From NCBI GenBank assembly GCA_039811685.1, contig JBDHZC010000009.1:1-64000 (forward strand): a stretch of 64,000 nucleotides of DNA, read 5' to 3'. Positions 9,633-19,637 of the stretch are shown piece by piece. The notes below the pieces were generated by a model. That model did no database searches. It was not told the DNA's origin and saw nothing but the letters and a program-made list of their open reading frames with translations. Position 1 is the first letter of the stretch. Each line of letters opens with the position of its first letter. Origin of the DNA: Armatimonadota bacterium (GTDB taxonomy: Bacteria > Armatimonadota > UBA5829 > DSUL01). Position numbers and translations under genes: made by a program.

Positions 9633-10748
9633 TCACGGGTCCTGCACCTCCACGTCGTTTTGCTCTTTCACATGCAACAGCGGGCCCTCGGAGTCAGCTC
9701 CGAGCGCTCCGGTGAAGCTGACAACTGAGCCTTTGGGTGGCAGGGCGAAACCGTAGAGTTTGGCGCGAAGCTCCGGCAGTGAGCCGTCACGGACGTAGGC
9801 TATGGAATGCGCCTGGTCCAAATGCGTTATGCGTCCGGTTATCTTTACCAACAGTCCATTCGGACGCAGCCCCGGGTCGTCGATAGCCCGTGAGATATTC
9901 ATTCCCAGCGGATGCGGTGGTGAGACAACGGGGCCGAGAGTCACTTCGGCATTTTGAACAACGCGCTCCTGGTTGACTGTAGCCAGGGTACCCGTGATCG
10001 TGAGCTGTCTGCCTGGAGAAAGTGATACCGCTGTAGTCGGGTTTATCCGAATGCCGGCTGCTCGGCTCGCGTCCTGAACGTAGAAGAACTCCCCTTGCGA
10101 AAACGAGCGACTTACATTCGGACCAATCTGCAATCGGATTATTCTAGCGTCGGGAAGTTGCTTTGCGGCGGCAACGCTCGAGAGTGTTTCAACGGAGGCG
10201 ACAATATGCACAGTCGCGCTGCTTCCAGCGCCGCGGATATCGTGATTCGCCTGGAGGGCGTCATAAACATGAGTTTGAGCAGTTGGCCCGTAGGTGAGCG
10301 GCGTCGTCACCGCAGCCGTCGCCGGCCCTCCAACGGCCGTGAACTCAAAAGTCATCACCAACAGACCCTGCGTGTCTATTAGAGGAGGCATACCCGGACG
10401 AGCCAGCGCCGTGTACAGCATGGCGCCGTCAGTCAGAGAGTTGTTGATCCCATCAGGAGACGGGGTAAAAAAGCCGTCGGTGAGCCAGTGGTACGGAGCG
10501 TTCGCGCGATTCAGCCGCTCAAGCCGCAGGAAAGCGGGATCTGAGACAATGATGGCGTCAACGGAGGAAATCAGCTCGTTGCCCGGACCTGTCGCGCGCG
10601 CATACAGGCTCAGCGTGGCCGTCCCCCCGAGCGGGACTGTCTGGGACGCGGGACGCCAGTCCAGATTGACCAGTGCCAGGCACGGTGCGGTTGTCATCAA
10701 AAGACCACCGAGGCATACAGCCTTCAAGAGAGCCTTTCGTCTTAGCAT
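9633..10748 (-). CDS. Exported protein with cohesin-like N-terminal domain and tandem OB-fold-like C-terminal domain
   Basis: Signal peptide; PASQTVPLGGTATLSLY...SSVDAIIVSDPAFL...LLVMTFEFTA cohesin-like beta pattern; C-terminus homologous to that of 30779..34285. Confidence 0.65.
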   Translation of the reverse strand: MLRRKALLKAVCLGGLLMTTAPCLALVNLDWRPASQTVPLGGTATLSLYARATGPGNELISSVDAIIVSDPAFLRLERLNRANAPYHWLTDGFFTPSPDGINNSLTDGAMLYTALARPGMPPLIDTQGLLVMTFEFTAVGGPATAAVTTPLTYGPTAQTHVYDALQANHDIRGAGSSATVHIVASVETLSSVAAAKQLPDARIIRLQIGPNVSRSFSQGEFFYVQDASRAAGIRINPTTAVSLSPGRQLTITGTLATVNQERVVQNAEVTLGPVVSPPHPLGMNISRAIDDPGLRPNGLLVKITGRITHLDQAHSIAYVRDGSLPELRAKLYGFALPPKGSVVSFTGALGADSEGPLLHVKEQNDVEVQDP

Positions 10749-10869
10749 CAGTCTCCTCGACCGCTGTGAGGCTCAAAGCAACAGGTAGCCTGGCCTGAGC
10801 TTCACCCTGGTAATCGAGCCACAGCGTCCACTCTGTGCCGTGTATGGCTGGGCATGGCCACACACAGAC

Positions 10870-13800
10870 TTAGCGTCTGCGATTTCTCTGCAGGAACAGC
10901 GAGACGTCGCGCATATCGACAATGCCATCACGGTTGACGTCAGCCACCTCGGGATTACTCACTCCCGCAACGCGCAACTGCGCATACGACGCTCGAAGCA
11001 GCGGGATGGACGCAAGCGTCGCTCCACCCGAGCACAGGTTGTTTCCAAAGTGCAGAAAACCGGCGGCAATGAAAGTATAGTCGTCAGTTCCCACGCCGAG
11101 GTTGCAGCTAAAGTTGGCGTTACGCACCGGCCACGCTGTGTCCAGCGGGGGATTGCTTCCGTATTGTCCGGCGAACACGCCAAAATCGCGTATGTCGATG
11201 AGATTGTCGTTGGTGGCGTCTCCGCCAACCAGCGCGGCGTCCTGCGTGAAATCCGCTACGTACTTTGTCCCGCTCACCGTCAGCGCAGCCGTGGAGCGCA
11301 GGGTGTGTTGCTCGTCTTTGGCGCTCACGCAGGTCCAGTCGTAATGCTGGGCGCCAGAGCAAGCGTCCAGAGTAGAAATCTGAGCTGTGCCAACACCGGC
11401 TGTGAACGTCACAGGTACGTTGATTGTGCGGCGCTCGAGACCTTCTCCGGCGCCGCCAAAGTCAAAGCGGATGGTGCGCACGACATTCTCACTCACGTTC
11501 TTGAGTCTTACGGGAATCTCAACGGTGTAGGCGTTGTTTACCGTCACGGTCTGGGTGAGCGTCGTTGTGTTTCCACAGCAGTCCGCAGCGCTCCAGTCGA
11601 TGTGTGTGACACCTATCGGATACGGGTCGCTCAGCAGCAGGCCGTCCTCGCGACGCACTACCGTAACCGCTGGGGCTGGCTGGGACATCAGCGTGTTGTC
11701 AATCGCCAGCTTGTCCACTGCCAGGTAGGACAAGCGCAGAGCTCCGTTACCACCGACGGCGCTGGCAATCAAATCCGAAGGGTCGGAGAGTGTGGCGCTC
11801 CACAGCGGCGTCCCTCCCGAATCCAGCAGATTCAGATCCGCAGAGAGAACGCCCGATGCGTCCCTGAACACCCACTGGAACCTGTACCATCCGCTGGCTG
11901 CAATCTCAAAATGGTTGCCTGTCTCCAGATCGTTGCGCTTGGCTGCTCCGGCCGTGTTGTCCGCGGCAATAAGGACGTGTCCAGGGGCGGTATTGTCATC
12001 TGCGGCTACGTGAAAGACAAAGTCCCGCAGCTTTGCTCCGGACTGATTGTTGATTTCGCTGGTAAGGTCAAACCCATAGGTAGCCGCTGCGACTGAGGGA
12101 TTGTTGAGATCAATATAAACGTCTACCGACGTTGTGAAGCCATTGCAGAATGCCCTCATGAATCCGCCGAGCCGCGTGAAGGCGCCCGTCTGTTGAGCGC
12201 CGCTTGAATCTATGACCGCGTGAAAAGCGCCTGAAGCTGAAGCGATGCTGTCCGTGCCGGAACTCACGGCGGATATCGAGCTGTCGGCTCCGTTCCAGCC
12301 TGCCCAAGTGTCCACCGCCCAGCCTGGACCCTCAAACCCTTCGGAGTACAGCGTCTGACAATTGTCAGTGGCGCTCGCCTGCCCGGGGTTAATTGAGGCT
12401 GTGCAGAGCCCGGCGTCCGCATTTGCAGTGATGTCGCCGGGGATTGTGACGACCGGCCCCGCGCCGTCAATGCGCGTGTAGTAGTGAACTACAGATGTGT
12501 TGCCGCAGGCATCAGTCGCAGTGATAGCTATAGTGGCGTTGCATTCGCCCGAAGTAGCGGCGCTCAATGTCACATCTCCGCAAGTGTCTGAAGCTGTAGT
12601 GGCGGCGATTGCGGCGGCTTCAGCCGTGGCGATGTCCGGATAACAGGCGCTGATAGAGCCTGCGTCCGCCTCCGGGGCAGTGGTATCGCTGACCTGAATG
12701 GTCTGGTCAAAGGTCGCTGCGTTGCCCGCGCAGTCTGTAGCCGTCCAGGTCCGCGTGAAATGATAAGTGTTGCCGCAATCAGCAGTCTGAGCGCTGTCCT
12801 GGTACGTAAGTGACGGGCTGGCGGAGCAGTTGTCTGTAATCAGTGGCGTTCCTGTAGCGCTTGGAGATGTATCCAGCGCATTGGCGCACTCGAGCGTTAC
12901 GGTGGCAGGGGTGCCAGGGTCGAACTGCGGCGCATCGGCGTCTATAGTTACCTGGTTCGCGTCAGTGGTTGTGACCACAAGCGGATCGCCGTTTGCGTCC
13001 GAAATAAGTGTTTCCGGATTGTTGGTCCGGAAGCTGACCAGGCCGGCAGCGCTGCACTCTGAAGCTCCAGTTACAGTGAATGTGAGGGTCGCCAGATTCG
13101 CGGCGGCAGAGGTGGGGCTCTGCGCTGGCAGGTCAATGCCCGCGGAGACATCCACATTTCCGGAGCCGTCCGGCGTGCCGGTCAGAATGTGTCTGCCGAA
13201 TGGAGCCCCGGTAAGGTCAGTGCTCACCCACGAGAGGCGTCCGTTGTCATAGTTCAGGAAGGCCTGGTAGCCGGCCGCCGGGGTGTCCAGAGCGGACATC
13301 GCCAGCGTGACCACCGCCGTGTCACCGGGCTTATAGCAGCTTTTGTCGAACTGCAGTGACAGGGCGTTAGCGGAAAGGGGCTCACCGACTCCAACATTGT
13401 CAATGGCTATGAAGGGCGCTATGTTGGAGTGGACATTGTAGAAGGAGGATGAGCGATCCCCCGCCAGCGCGCTTCCGTCCGCATCGTTTTCGGAAGCTAT
13501 CGTGGAGGATGCAATAAGCGTTGTGTGAGAAATGTCCCAGACTCGCGTCGTGATGAGGATGTCGGGGTCGGAGTTGGCATCCGGGCCATCGGGACCAACG
13601 CTGAAAGTCTGCTCGAGGGTGTACCAGCCCGGTGTCGTCGTTGTGAACAGGGATCCCAGCGGGCTGGAGGCTCCGGCGTCTATGTTGTACTCCTGCTGCG
13701 AATCGTGGTTGGCATCTGTTACATTAACACGAATGACGCCTTCGGCAAGCTGGTTTCCTGATGTGTCGTTCACGGAATTGCGAATCTGGAAGTCGTCCTC

Positions 13801-14229
13801 GCCTCCCGCCATTCCTTCATCGCTTCGCCGCGTCCAGGATGGGTCGAGATAGACATCCATCCGGAAGGAATACGGTTGGGAATAGGCCGTGTTCGAGGAA
13901 CCGCCATTGTTGTGCCAGGTATCAACGCCACCTGAGTAGATGGGATAGACTTCTGCATGCGCGTTTCCCGAGGCGGACGTTATCCCGCGTGTGCCAGAGG
14001 GAGCTTCCTCAACCAGTCCGTAAGCATTGTTTGAGCGATACTCGCCAGCGCCTTGCCAGAAGAGCGGCGCGACGCCTGCCGGCGGGTCGTCGAACGGGTT
14101 GGCGTCTGTGACTGCATAGTCCGGAGAATCCAGATCTGTTTCGAAGCCGTCAAACGAGCCGAAGGCAGCCCAACTGGCGACGCTGGATAGCAACAGCGCC
14201 ACAACGGCCACCGCAGTGAGGTATCTCAT
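10870..14229 (-). CDS. Large secreted multidomain protein (duplicated lectin-like domain, cohesin-like domain, HYR-like Cys repeats, C-terminal dockerin-like EF loops)
   Basis: AAGGGAG before ATG 14229; signal peptide; AGYQAFLNYD; TRTWTATDCAGN repeats; GDATNDNLIDIRDF and ADVNRDGIVDMRDV. Confidence 0.75.
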   Translation of the reverse strand: MRYLTAVAVVALLLSSVASWAAFGSFDGFETDLDSPDYAVTDANPFDDPPAGVAPLFWQGAGEYRSNNAYGLVEEAPSGTRGITSASGNAHAEVYPIYSGGVDTWHNNGGSSNTAYSQPYSFRMDVYLDPSWTRRSDEGMAGGEDDFQIRNSVNDTSGNQLAEGVIRVNVTDANHDSQQEYNIDAGASSPLGSLFTTTTPGWYTLEQTFSVGPDGPDANSDPDILITTRVWDISHTTLIASSTIASENDADGSALAGDRSSSFYNVHSNIAPFIAIDNVGVGEPLSANALSLQFDKSCYKPGDTAVVTLAMSALDTPAAGYQAFLNYDNGRLSWVSTDLTGAPFGRHILTGTPDGSGNVDVSAGIDLPAQSPTSAAANLATLTFTVTGASECSAAGLVSFRTNNPETLISDANGDPLVVTTTDANQVTIDADAPQFDPGTPATVTLECANALDTSPSATGTPLITDNCSASPSLTYQDSAQTADCGNTYHFTRTWTATDCAGNAATFDQTIQVSDTTAPEADAGSISACYPDIATAEAAAIAATTASDTCGDVTLSAATSGECNATIAITATDACGNTSVVHYYTRIDGAGPVVTIPGDITANADAGLCTASINPGQASATDNCQTLYSEGFEGPGWAVDTWAGWNGADSSISAVSSGTDSIASASGAFHAVIDSSGAQQTGAFTRLGGFMRAFCNGFTTSVDVYIDLNNPSVAAATYGFDLTSEINNQSGAKLRDFVFHVAADDNTAPGHVLIAADNTAGAAKRNDLETGNHFEIAASGWYRFQWVFRDASGVLSADLNLLDSGGTPLWSATLSDPSDLIASAVGGNGALRLSYLAVDKLAIDNTLMSQPAPAVTVVRREDGLLLSDPYPIGVTHIDWSAADCCGNTTTLTQTVTVNNAYTVEIPVRLKNVSENVVRTIRFDFGGAGEGLERRTINVPVTFTAGVGTAQISTLDACSGAQHYDWTCVSAKDEQHTLRSTAALTVSGTKYVADFTQDAALVGGDATNDNLIDIRDFGVFAGQYGSNPPLDTAWPVRNANFSCNLGVGTDDYTFIAAGFLHFGNNLCSGGATLASIPLLRASYAQLRVAGVSNPEVADVNRDGIVDMRDVSLFLQRNRRR

Positions 14230-14406
14230 CTCCCTTTTCAAGCCTTTCCCTGTAACCTTGCGCGAAGCCCGAGGGTTACACTCCCCACTTTCTCACCCGT
14301 ACCCGAAGTAGAAAGGTGTTCAATGGATGCCAGATTTCAGCTGCTCTTGTGCGCTTATTGCTTCCCTACTGCGCACTTCGCAGTCTGCCGCAGCATAGCG
14401 CCCAGC

Positions 14407-14422
14407 AGTTTCACGTGAAACT
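14407..14422. promoter_or_regulatory. parS-like centromere site (ParB binding)
   Basis: Perfect palindrome AGTTTCACGTGAAACT, 14/16 match to TGTTTCACGTGAAACA; intergenic. Confidence 0.75.
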
Positions 14423-14691
14423 TATTTGCAAAAAGTGGTTTTTGCCTCTGTCAGCCACTTTTCCGCACTTTCAGGCTACCACTTCGCGTGCGCCCCGTCA
14501 ACTGGTACTGTAGCTGAAGGCTAAAAATCCGCGTTCAAACAGGTCGTCTGGCTGGCAGGTCAGCCTGCGGAGACTGGAGCGCTTCGCGTGTGGTTGGGCT
14601 CCCCCAAGAGACCTCACGCGCTCTGACAGCATTGACACCCTTCATGGTGGCCGCTAAACTGTGAGCTGGAACAGTGCAAGGAGAACTTTGG

Positions 14692-15174
14692 ATGGCGACG
14701 CAACTGAAGCAGGGGGACGAGGTCCAGGTCGTAGACCGGGAGGCTACTCCCGCCGACGAGAAAGCGCAGACGTTTTTCAATCACTATCGCAACCTGACGG
14801 GCGTTCTGGAGAAGGTTTACGACGACGGAATTGCGACGGTTGTTGTCGATGAGGAATCTCTCCCGGAAGAGATCATCCAGCGGCACGAAGAGCTGACGCA
14901 GACGGCGCGTCAGAAGTGGCTGGACGGGTTGTCAAATGAGGCGCGCAACAAGCTGACTCCGGAAGAGCAGCAGTTCAAGATGCGCTACACGATTCTGCTC
15001 GAGACGCAGGATCTGATTAAGAAAGGCGCCAAGCAGCCCAGAGCCAGAAGCGCAAAGCCTTCCGAGGCAGCAGCTGAGAAGTCGTCAGCGGATGCAGAGA
15101 AGATTGTGAGCTCCTCAGATCTGGATATTGCCGAAGAGCAGTACCTCAAAGCAAGACGCCAGGAAACCGCGTGA
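14692..15174 (+). CDS. Hypothetical protein
   Basis: AAGGAG RBS; protein-like composition; GTGA overlap with the next gene. Confidence 0.75.
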   Translation: MATQLKQGDEVQVVDREATPADEKAQTFFNHYRNLTGVLEKVYDDGIATVVVDEESLPEEIIQRHEELTQTARQKWLDGLSNEARNKLTPEEQQFKMRYTILLETQDLIKKGAKQPRARSAKPSEAAAEKSSADAEKIVSSSDLDIAEEQYLKARRQETA

Positions 15175-16511
15175 GTCCGCCCATTACCCGTATCGGAGCG
15201 CTGGCGGCTGCGGTTCTGCTGGCGGCGCTGGCGGGCGGGTGCGGGCCGACGGGGAACGTGCCGGCGTCCTCCAGGGTGGTGCAGATAGATGTGTGGCACC
15301 CGTGGGGCGGTACGCAGGCTGAGGCTTTCAAGAGAATTGCCGATGAGTTCAACCGCACGCACCCCAAAATACGGGTGCGCCTGCTCTACACCCCTAACGA
15401 TCTGGCTTCCAATCAGAAGTTCTTCACTGCCGTAGCCGCCAGCATTCCGCCGGATGTGATTATGGTGGATGGTCCCCAGGTGGCCCAGTGGGCGGAGCTC
15501 GGCGCCCTGGAGCCGCTGACGAAGCGACTGGCGAGCTCCGGACTGAAAGCATCAGACTACTACCCTCCGTGCTGGAAGCAGAACTATTACGAGGGTCAGG
15601 TATGGGCCACAACGTACTGCGCTGATCCCAACTTCGCATTTGGCTGGAACCGCAAGGATTTCGCGGATGCTGGGCTGAACCCTGACCGGCCGCCCGCCAG
15701 TCTGGAAGAGATGGACAGGATGGCGCGCTCTCTGGCGAAGCGCGAAGGCGGCAAGTTGCGCCGAATAGGCATCATCCCCTGGGCGCAGTTTGGTTACGCG
15801 AACTCGATGTTCACGTGGGGCTGGGCTTTTGGCGGCTCGTTCTACAATGAGAAGACGCGCACCGTCACGGCGGACGACCCGCGCGTGGTCAAGGCGCTTG
15901 AGTGGATGTGTGACTACGCGAAGCAGTACGACGTCAATCGCATAGGTGTTTTGCAGTCAGGGTTTACGACACAGGAGCAGAACCCGTTTTACATAGGCAA
16001 GCTGTCCATGCAATGCCTGCATATTTCCTCTCTGAAAGACATTGAGATGTACGCCCCCAAAGACTTCAGCTATGGTGTGACCTTTGTTCCCTCTCCAAAG
16101 GACGGCGAACAGCACAGCTCGTGGATCGGAGGATGGTGTATGGGTATCCCGCGAGCCGCAAGGCACAGTGATGAGGCATGGGAGTTCATAAAGTGGGTGA
16201 CGGGAGACCCCACAGGCACTGCGGTAATGGCCAGAGAAGCGGGACTTCTTCCCGGTTACCGGAAGAGCCACTATTACGACCCCTCTGTCAGGAAGCCCGA
16301 TCACTACGACGCGTTCCTGCGTATCCTGCGAGAGACGCGGCACCAAAGGCCCGTGATGCCGGCGCAGGCGTATTATATGAACGCATTGAACAGAGCTGTG
16401 GATATGGCTATTCATGGCCGTATGACACCCAGAGAAGCGCTTGTTGAGGCGCGCAGTGATACGCAGCGCGAGTTGGACAGAGTTCTGGCGGGACGCAAGC
16501 AAAAGCAATGA
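15171..16511 (+). CDS. Sugar ABC transporter substrate-binding lipoprotein
   Basis: Lipobox LAGGC; FNRTHPKIRV, PPDV, GGWCMGI and AWEFIKW family-1 SBP motifs. Confidence 0.92.
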   Translation: MSPPITRIGALAAAVLLAALAGGCGPTGNVPASSRVVQIDVWHPWGGTQAEAFKRIADEFNRTHPKIRVRLLYTPNDLASNQKFFTAVAASIPPDVIMVDGPQVAQWAELGALEPLTKRLASSGLKASDYYPPCWKQNYYEGQVWATTYCADPNFAFGWNRKDFADAGLNPDRPPASLEEMDRMARSLAKREGGKLRRIGIIPWAQFGYANSMFTWGWAFGGSFYNEKTRTVTADDPRVVKALEWMCDYAKQYDVNRIGVLQSGFTTQEQNPFYIGKLSMQCLHISSLKDIEMYAPKDFSYGVTFVPSPKDGEQHSSWIGGWCMGIPRAARHSDEAWEFIKWVTGDPTGTAVMAREAGLLPGYRKSHYYDPSVRKPDHYDAFLRILRETRHQRPVMPAQAYYMNALNRAVDMAIHGRMTPREALVEARSDTQRELDRVLAGRKQKQ

Positions 16512-16657
16512 GCACTGTCTCCAGGAAGAAAATCAAGCGCCAGCGTCCTCGCGTGACGACCCTCAAGCGGCATCGAAGCGCTCTGGTGTGGGAGATTCTT
16601 TTGCTGCTGTTTCTGGTAGCGAGTGTTGTCGCGATTGGATACTTCGGTTGGCGGTAG
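16508..16657 (+). CDS. 49-aa single-pass membrane micro-protein (not in ORF track)
   Basis: ATGA overlap with the SBP stop; MSTVSRKKIKRQRPRVTTLKRHRSALVWEILLLLFLVASVVAIGYFGWR; ends 12 nt before the next ATG. Confidence 0.7.
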   Translation: MSTVSRKKIKRQRPRVTTLKRHRSALVWEILLLLFLVASVVAIGYFGWR

Positions 16658-16669
16658 AAATCTGAAAAG

Positions 16670-17488
16670 ATGTTGACGATAGACGACAACAAGGTGCAGG
16701 AGGGCACGCTCGGCGATGTGGATGCAGAGTTTCACCGCGCCTTTGCCGTGCGCCTTTTTCAGTTTGTCTGGGCGCTTTTGGAGCGGGAGGAGCGCACTCA
16801 GGAGCAGGTTGACGCGATGATCAACGCTGCGCACGCTTCCCGCTTCCACTGGGCGCAGCTTGGCACTGCCATGCATGTGGCCTACGGTGAGTGGCAGATT
16901 TCAAGGGTGTATGCTGTCCTGGAGCGCTGGGAGCCAGCGCTTTACCATGCCCGGCGCTGTCTTGCCATCTGTGAAGAGGATCGCGCAAGTGAGTTCGCTG
17001 AAAGCTATGCTTATGAGGCGCTGTCTCGGGCTTACGCAGGCGCGCATCAGCGGGAGAAGGCGCAGGAATACTTTGATCTCGCCCGAAAAGCTGGAAGCAA
17101 GATGGAATCGCTTGCGGACAGGGAGATGCTGGCGCGGGATCTTCTGACAATTCCGGGAGTGGAGCCGGAGAAGCCTTCAAAGCCGTCCAGGCGGCGCAAG
17201 AGAGTTGCGTCAGGGGTGACCGTGACTGTATCAGAGGCGCCTGAGGAAACGCCTGTCCAAACGGCTGAACCGTCGTCCGGCGGGCGTAGCCGCCGGGGGC
17301 AGAGAAACGGCGCGAAAGCAGACACATCCGCGACATTGCCGGATCCTGAGGCTGCGAATGGTAAGGCTGCGCGGCGCAGCCTTGGCAGAGAGCAACAGAT
17401 CGCAGACGCTGCTTCTCAGGACACCAGGGCGCGTCGTTCGCGGCGAAGACGCTCGCCATCACACGACAAAGGAGATCAGACCAGATGA
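16670..17488 (+). CDS. Conserved hypothetical helical (TPR-like) protein with basic disordered tail
   Basis: AAHASRFHW...GEWQISRVYA...YAYEALSRAY helical domain; ATGA overlap with the next gene. Confidence 0.75.
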   Translation: MLTIDDNKVQEGTLGDVDAEFHRAFAVRLFQFVWALLEREERTQEQVDAMINAAHASRFHWAQLGTAMHVAYGEWQISRVYAVLERWEPALYHARRCLAICEEDRASEFAESYAYEALSRAYAGAHQREKAQEYFDLARKAGSKMESLADREMLARDLLTIPGVEPEKPSKPSRRRKRVASGVTVTVSEAPEETPVQTAEPSSGGRSRRGQRNGAKADTSATLPDPEAANGKAARRSLGREQQIADAASQDTRARRSRRRRSPSHDKGDQTR

Positions 17489-18342
17489 ACATACCCCGCT
17501 TCACAATGAGCACAGGTGAGCTTTATATCCCGGATGGGAGCGCGGCTGAAACGGCGCTTTCCCGGACGACGGATCTGGGCATCAGCGCGCATCAGGATGA
17601 CCTTGAGATTCTGGCCTATCCCGGGATCTTGCAGTGCTTCGGCAAGAGCGACCGCTGGTTCACCGGCGTGTGTGTGACCAATGGCGCCGGCAGTCCTCGC
17701 AGCGGGCCGTACGCCAGCTATACGGACGACGAAATGCGCGAGGTGCGGCGTGTCGAGCAGAAGAAGGCTGCCCTGATTGGGGATTACAGCGCGATGGCGC
17801 TTCTGGATCACCCCTCCAGCGCAGTCAAGGACGCGGATAATCGGGATGTGGTGGAGGATTTGCGGGCCATCATTGAAGCCTGCCGCCCGCAGACTGTCTG
17901 GACGCACAATCTGGCGGACAAGCACGATACGCATATCGGTGTGACTCTGCGCACGATTTCAGCTCTTCGCCTGGTGCAGCGGGATGCGCGTCCGCAGAAA
18001 GTGTACGGTGTGGAGGTCTGGCGCGATCTGGACTGGCTGGTAGATGCAGACAAGCTGACCTTTGACGTCGGAGAGCGCGAGAATCTGGCGAGTGCTCTGC
18101 TTGGGGTGTTCGATTCACAGATTGCGGGAGGGAAGCGCTACGATCTGGCCACGCTGGGCCGCCGCCGCGCTCACGCCACCTACCACGCCTCGCATGGGAC
18201 TGACGACACGACACAACTCGTCTTTGGAATGGACATGACGCCCCTGCTACAGGACGAGTCACTGGATCCGAAGGACTTCGTTAAGCGTCTCATTCAGAAT
18301 CTGGCTGAGGACGTCGCCTCGCGCATTGAGCGCTTCGGATAG
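17485..18342 (+). CDS. PIG-L/LmbE family deacetylase
   Basis: SAHQDDLE and HDTH metal-binding motifs. Confidence 0.9.
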   Translation: MNIPRFTMSTGELYIPDGSAAETALSRTTDLGISAHQDDLEILAYPGILQCFGKSDRWFTGVCVTNGAGSPRSGPYASYTDDEMREVRRVEQKKAALIGDYSAMALLDHPSSAVKDADNRDVVEDLRAIIEACRPQTVWTHNLADKHDTHIGVTLRTISALRLVQRDARPQKVYGVEVWRDLDWLVDADKLTFDVGERENLASALLGVFDSQIAGGKRYDLATLGRRRAHATYHASHGTDDTTQLVFGMDMTPLLQDESLDPKDFVKRLIQNLAEDVASRIERFG

Positions 18343-18399
18343 ACGCAGCGTTTCCGCAACCCTGAGGTTATCAAGCAGGCGCTGAAGTGTGGGGCGCTG

Positions 18400-19284
18400 C
18401 TACTGAGACGGATAGTTCTGGAAGCCTTCAAAGGGCATCCACATGTCCGGCTGAGCGAGGCAGGTCCCCTGCGCCAGCTTTGGTTTTACGCTTGCCGCCG
18501 GCCGGTAAGCCCCCCGGTGCATGCCTCCGCTGCGCGTCTGGGGCGACCATGTTTCAGGTGGAAAGACAAGCTGAACGTGTCCGTCGCACATCGCCACATT
18601 CATTTTGCCGTTGTGCATGCAGGTCGGCTCGCCGCCGGTTCCGTCCTTGAAATCAGGTGACCCGTTCCGGTAGGCGTAGGCTTCCGGCGTGGTGTCCTGA
18701 TACGTTTCAAAGAAGAGGATGGTGCTGGAGGGGTGCGAAAGCTGGCTTTCGTTGATACCCGGATTGTATCCCGCGCTGCGGTCTGTGGGTGGCCACAGCC
18801 CCCGGCCTTTGTTGTACTGGCGAAGATAGTCGCTCATGCAGTAGCTGCGTCCGAGACTGTTGGAGCGTCCTCCGGAGGCTACTTTCCTGGAAGGGAGCTT
18901 TCCAGACGGGCAGCGCCAGACAGTGTCGCCGGCTGACTTGTTTCTCAGATAGGCATCCAGCCCGCCGTTGACGTCCTCGTCCCACGCCGGCGCGGCCGTA
19001 TCTCCGCCCGGGTACGGGAAATAACCTCTGTTGTCATCCGCGTACATTGCGCACGCGCCTGCAAGCTGCTTCAGATTGGAAACGCATCTGGCGCGAAAAG
19101 CCTGGCCTTTCGCCTGCGCAAAGACCGGGAAAAGAATACTTGCCAGAAGCGCTATGATGGCGATGACGACCAGGAGTTCAATGAGAGTGAATCCTTTGCT
19201 CGCCTGCTTTCCAGACAGTTGGAGTGGCAAGTGAGGGTGAGATAAATCAGTGCTGGCGATCAGAGTGTGCAAGTCTGTCCTCAA
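18400..19284 (-). CDS. Prepilin-type N-terminal cleavage/methylation protein (DUF1559-like, H-X9-DG C-terminal motif)
   Basis: GFTLIELLVVIAIIALLASILFPVF, CVSNLKQL, HNGKMNVAMCDGHV. Confidence 0.92.
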   Translation of the reverse strand: MRTDLHTLIASTDLSHPHLPLQLSGKQASKGFTLIELLVVIAIIALLASILFPVFAQAKGQAFRARCVSNLKQLAGACAMYADDNRGYFPYPGGDTAAPAWDEDVNGGLDAYLRNKSAGDTVWRCPSGKLPSRKVASGGRSNSLGRSYCMSDYLRQYNKGRGLWPPTDRSAGYNPGINESQLSHPSSTILFFETYQDTTPEAYAYRNGSPDFKDGTGGEPTCMHNGKMNVAMCDGHVQLVFPPETWSPQTRSGGMHRGAYRPAASVKPKLAQGTCLAQPDMWMPFEGFQNYPSQ

Positions 19285-19637
19285 CGTCCAGACTCTCCCA
19301 GACTCTGACGCTACTTGGACAGAGGGCGGTGTCAGGACGTTCTAACGCTACTGGATTTGTTAGCTGCGCCAGCCCTGGCTCCGAACATGGCCGTCCACCC
19401 CCGCAAATGTACGGAGAAAATAGCCTTGCGAATCGTACTACACCCGGCGTGACAGGTCAACTCTTTTCAGCAAATTTCAGCCAAAAAGTGAACATTCTGC
19501 TGATCCCGTGCGCTTTGCTTATAAGGCACACATATCTGCAGTTGAAGATACTGAGCGCTTTCAGGGTCTATAATAGACATGGAAACGAACTCTGCTCTCA
19601 TGCGTTATTTGCTCAAAGGTTCTTTGGGGGTTTTTCG

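Noticed and set aside
10840..12096. 418-aa plus-strand ORF
   Set aside because: Antisense shadow of the large secreted protein.
18550..18565. Second parS-like sequence TGTTTCAGGTGGAAAG
   Set aside because: Several mismatches, not palindromic, and inside a CDS.
19224..19637. N-terminal extension of the 408-aa ORF in the track
   Set aside because: It overlaps the divergent gene and promoter region; the signal peptide begins only after ATG 19638.
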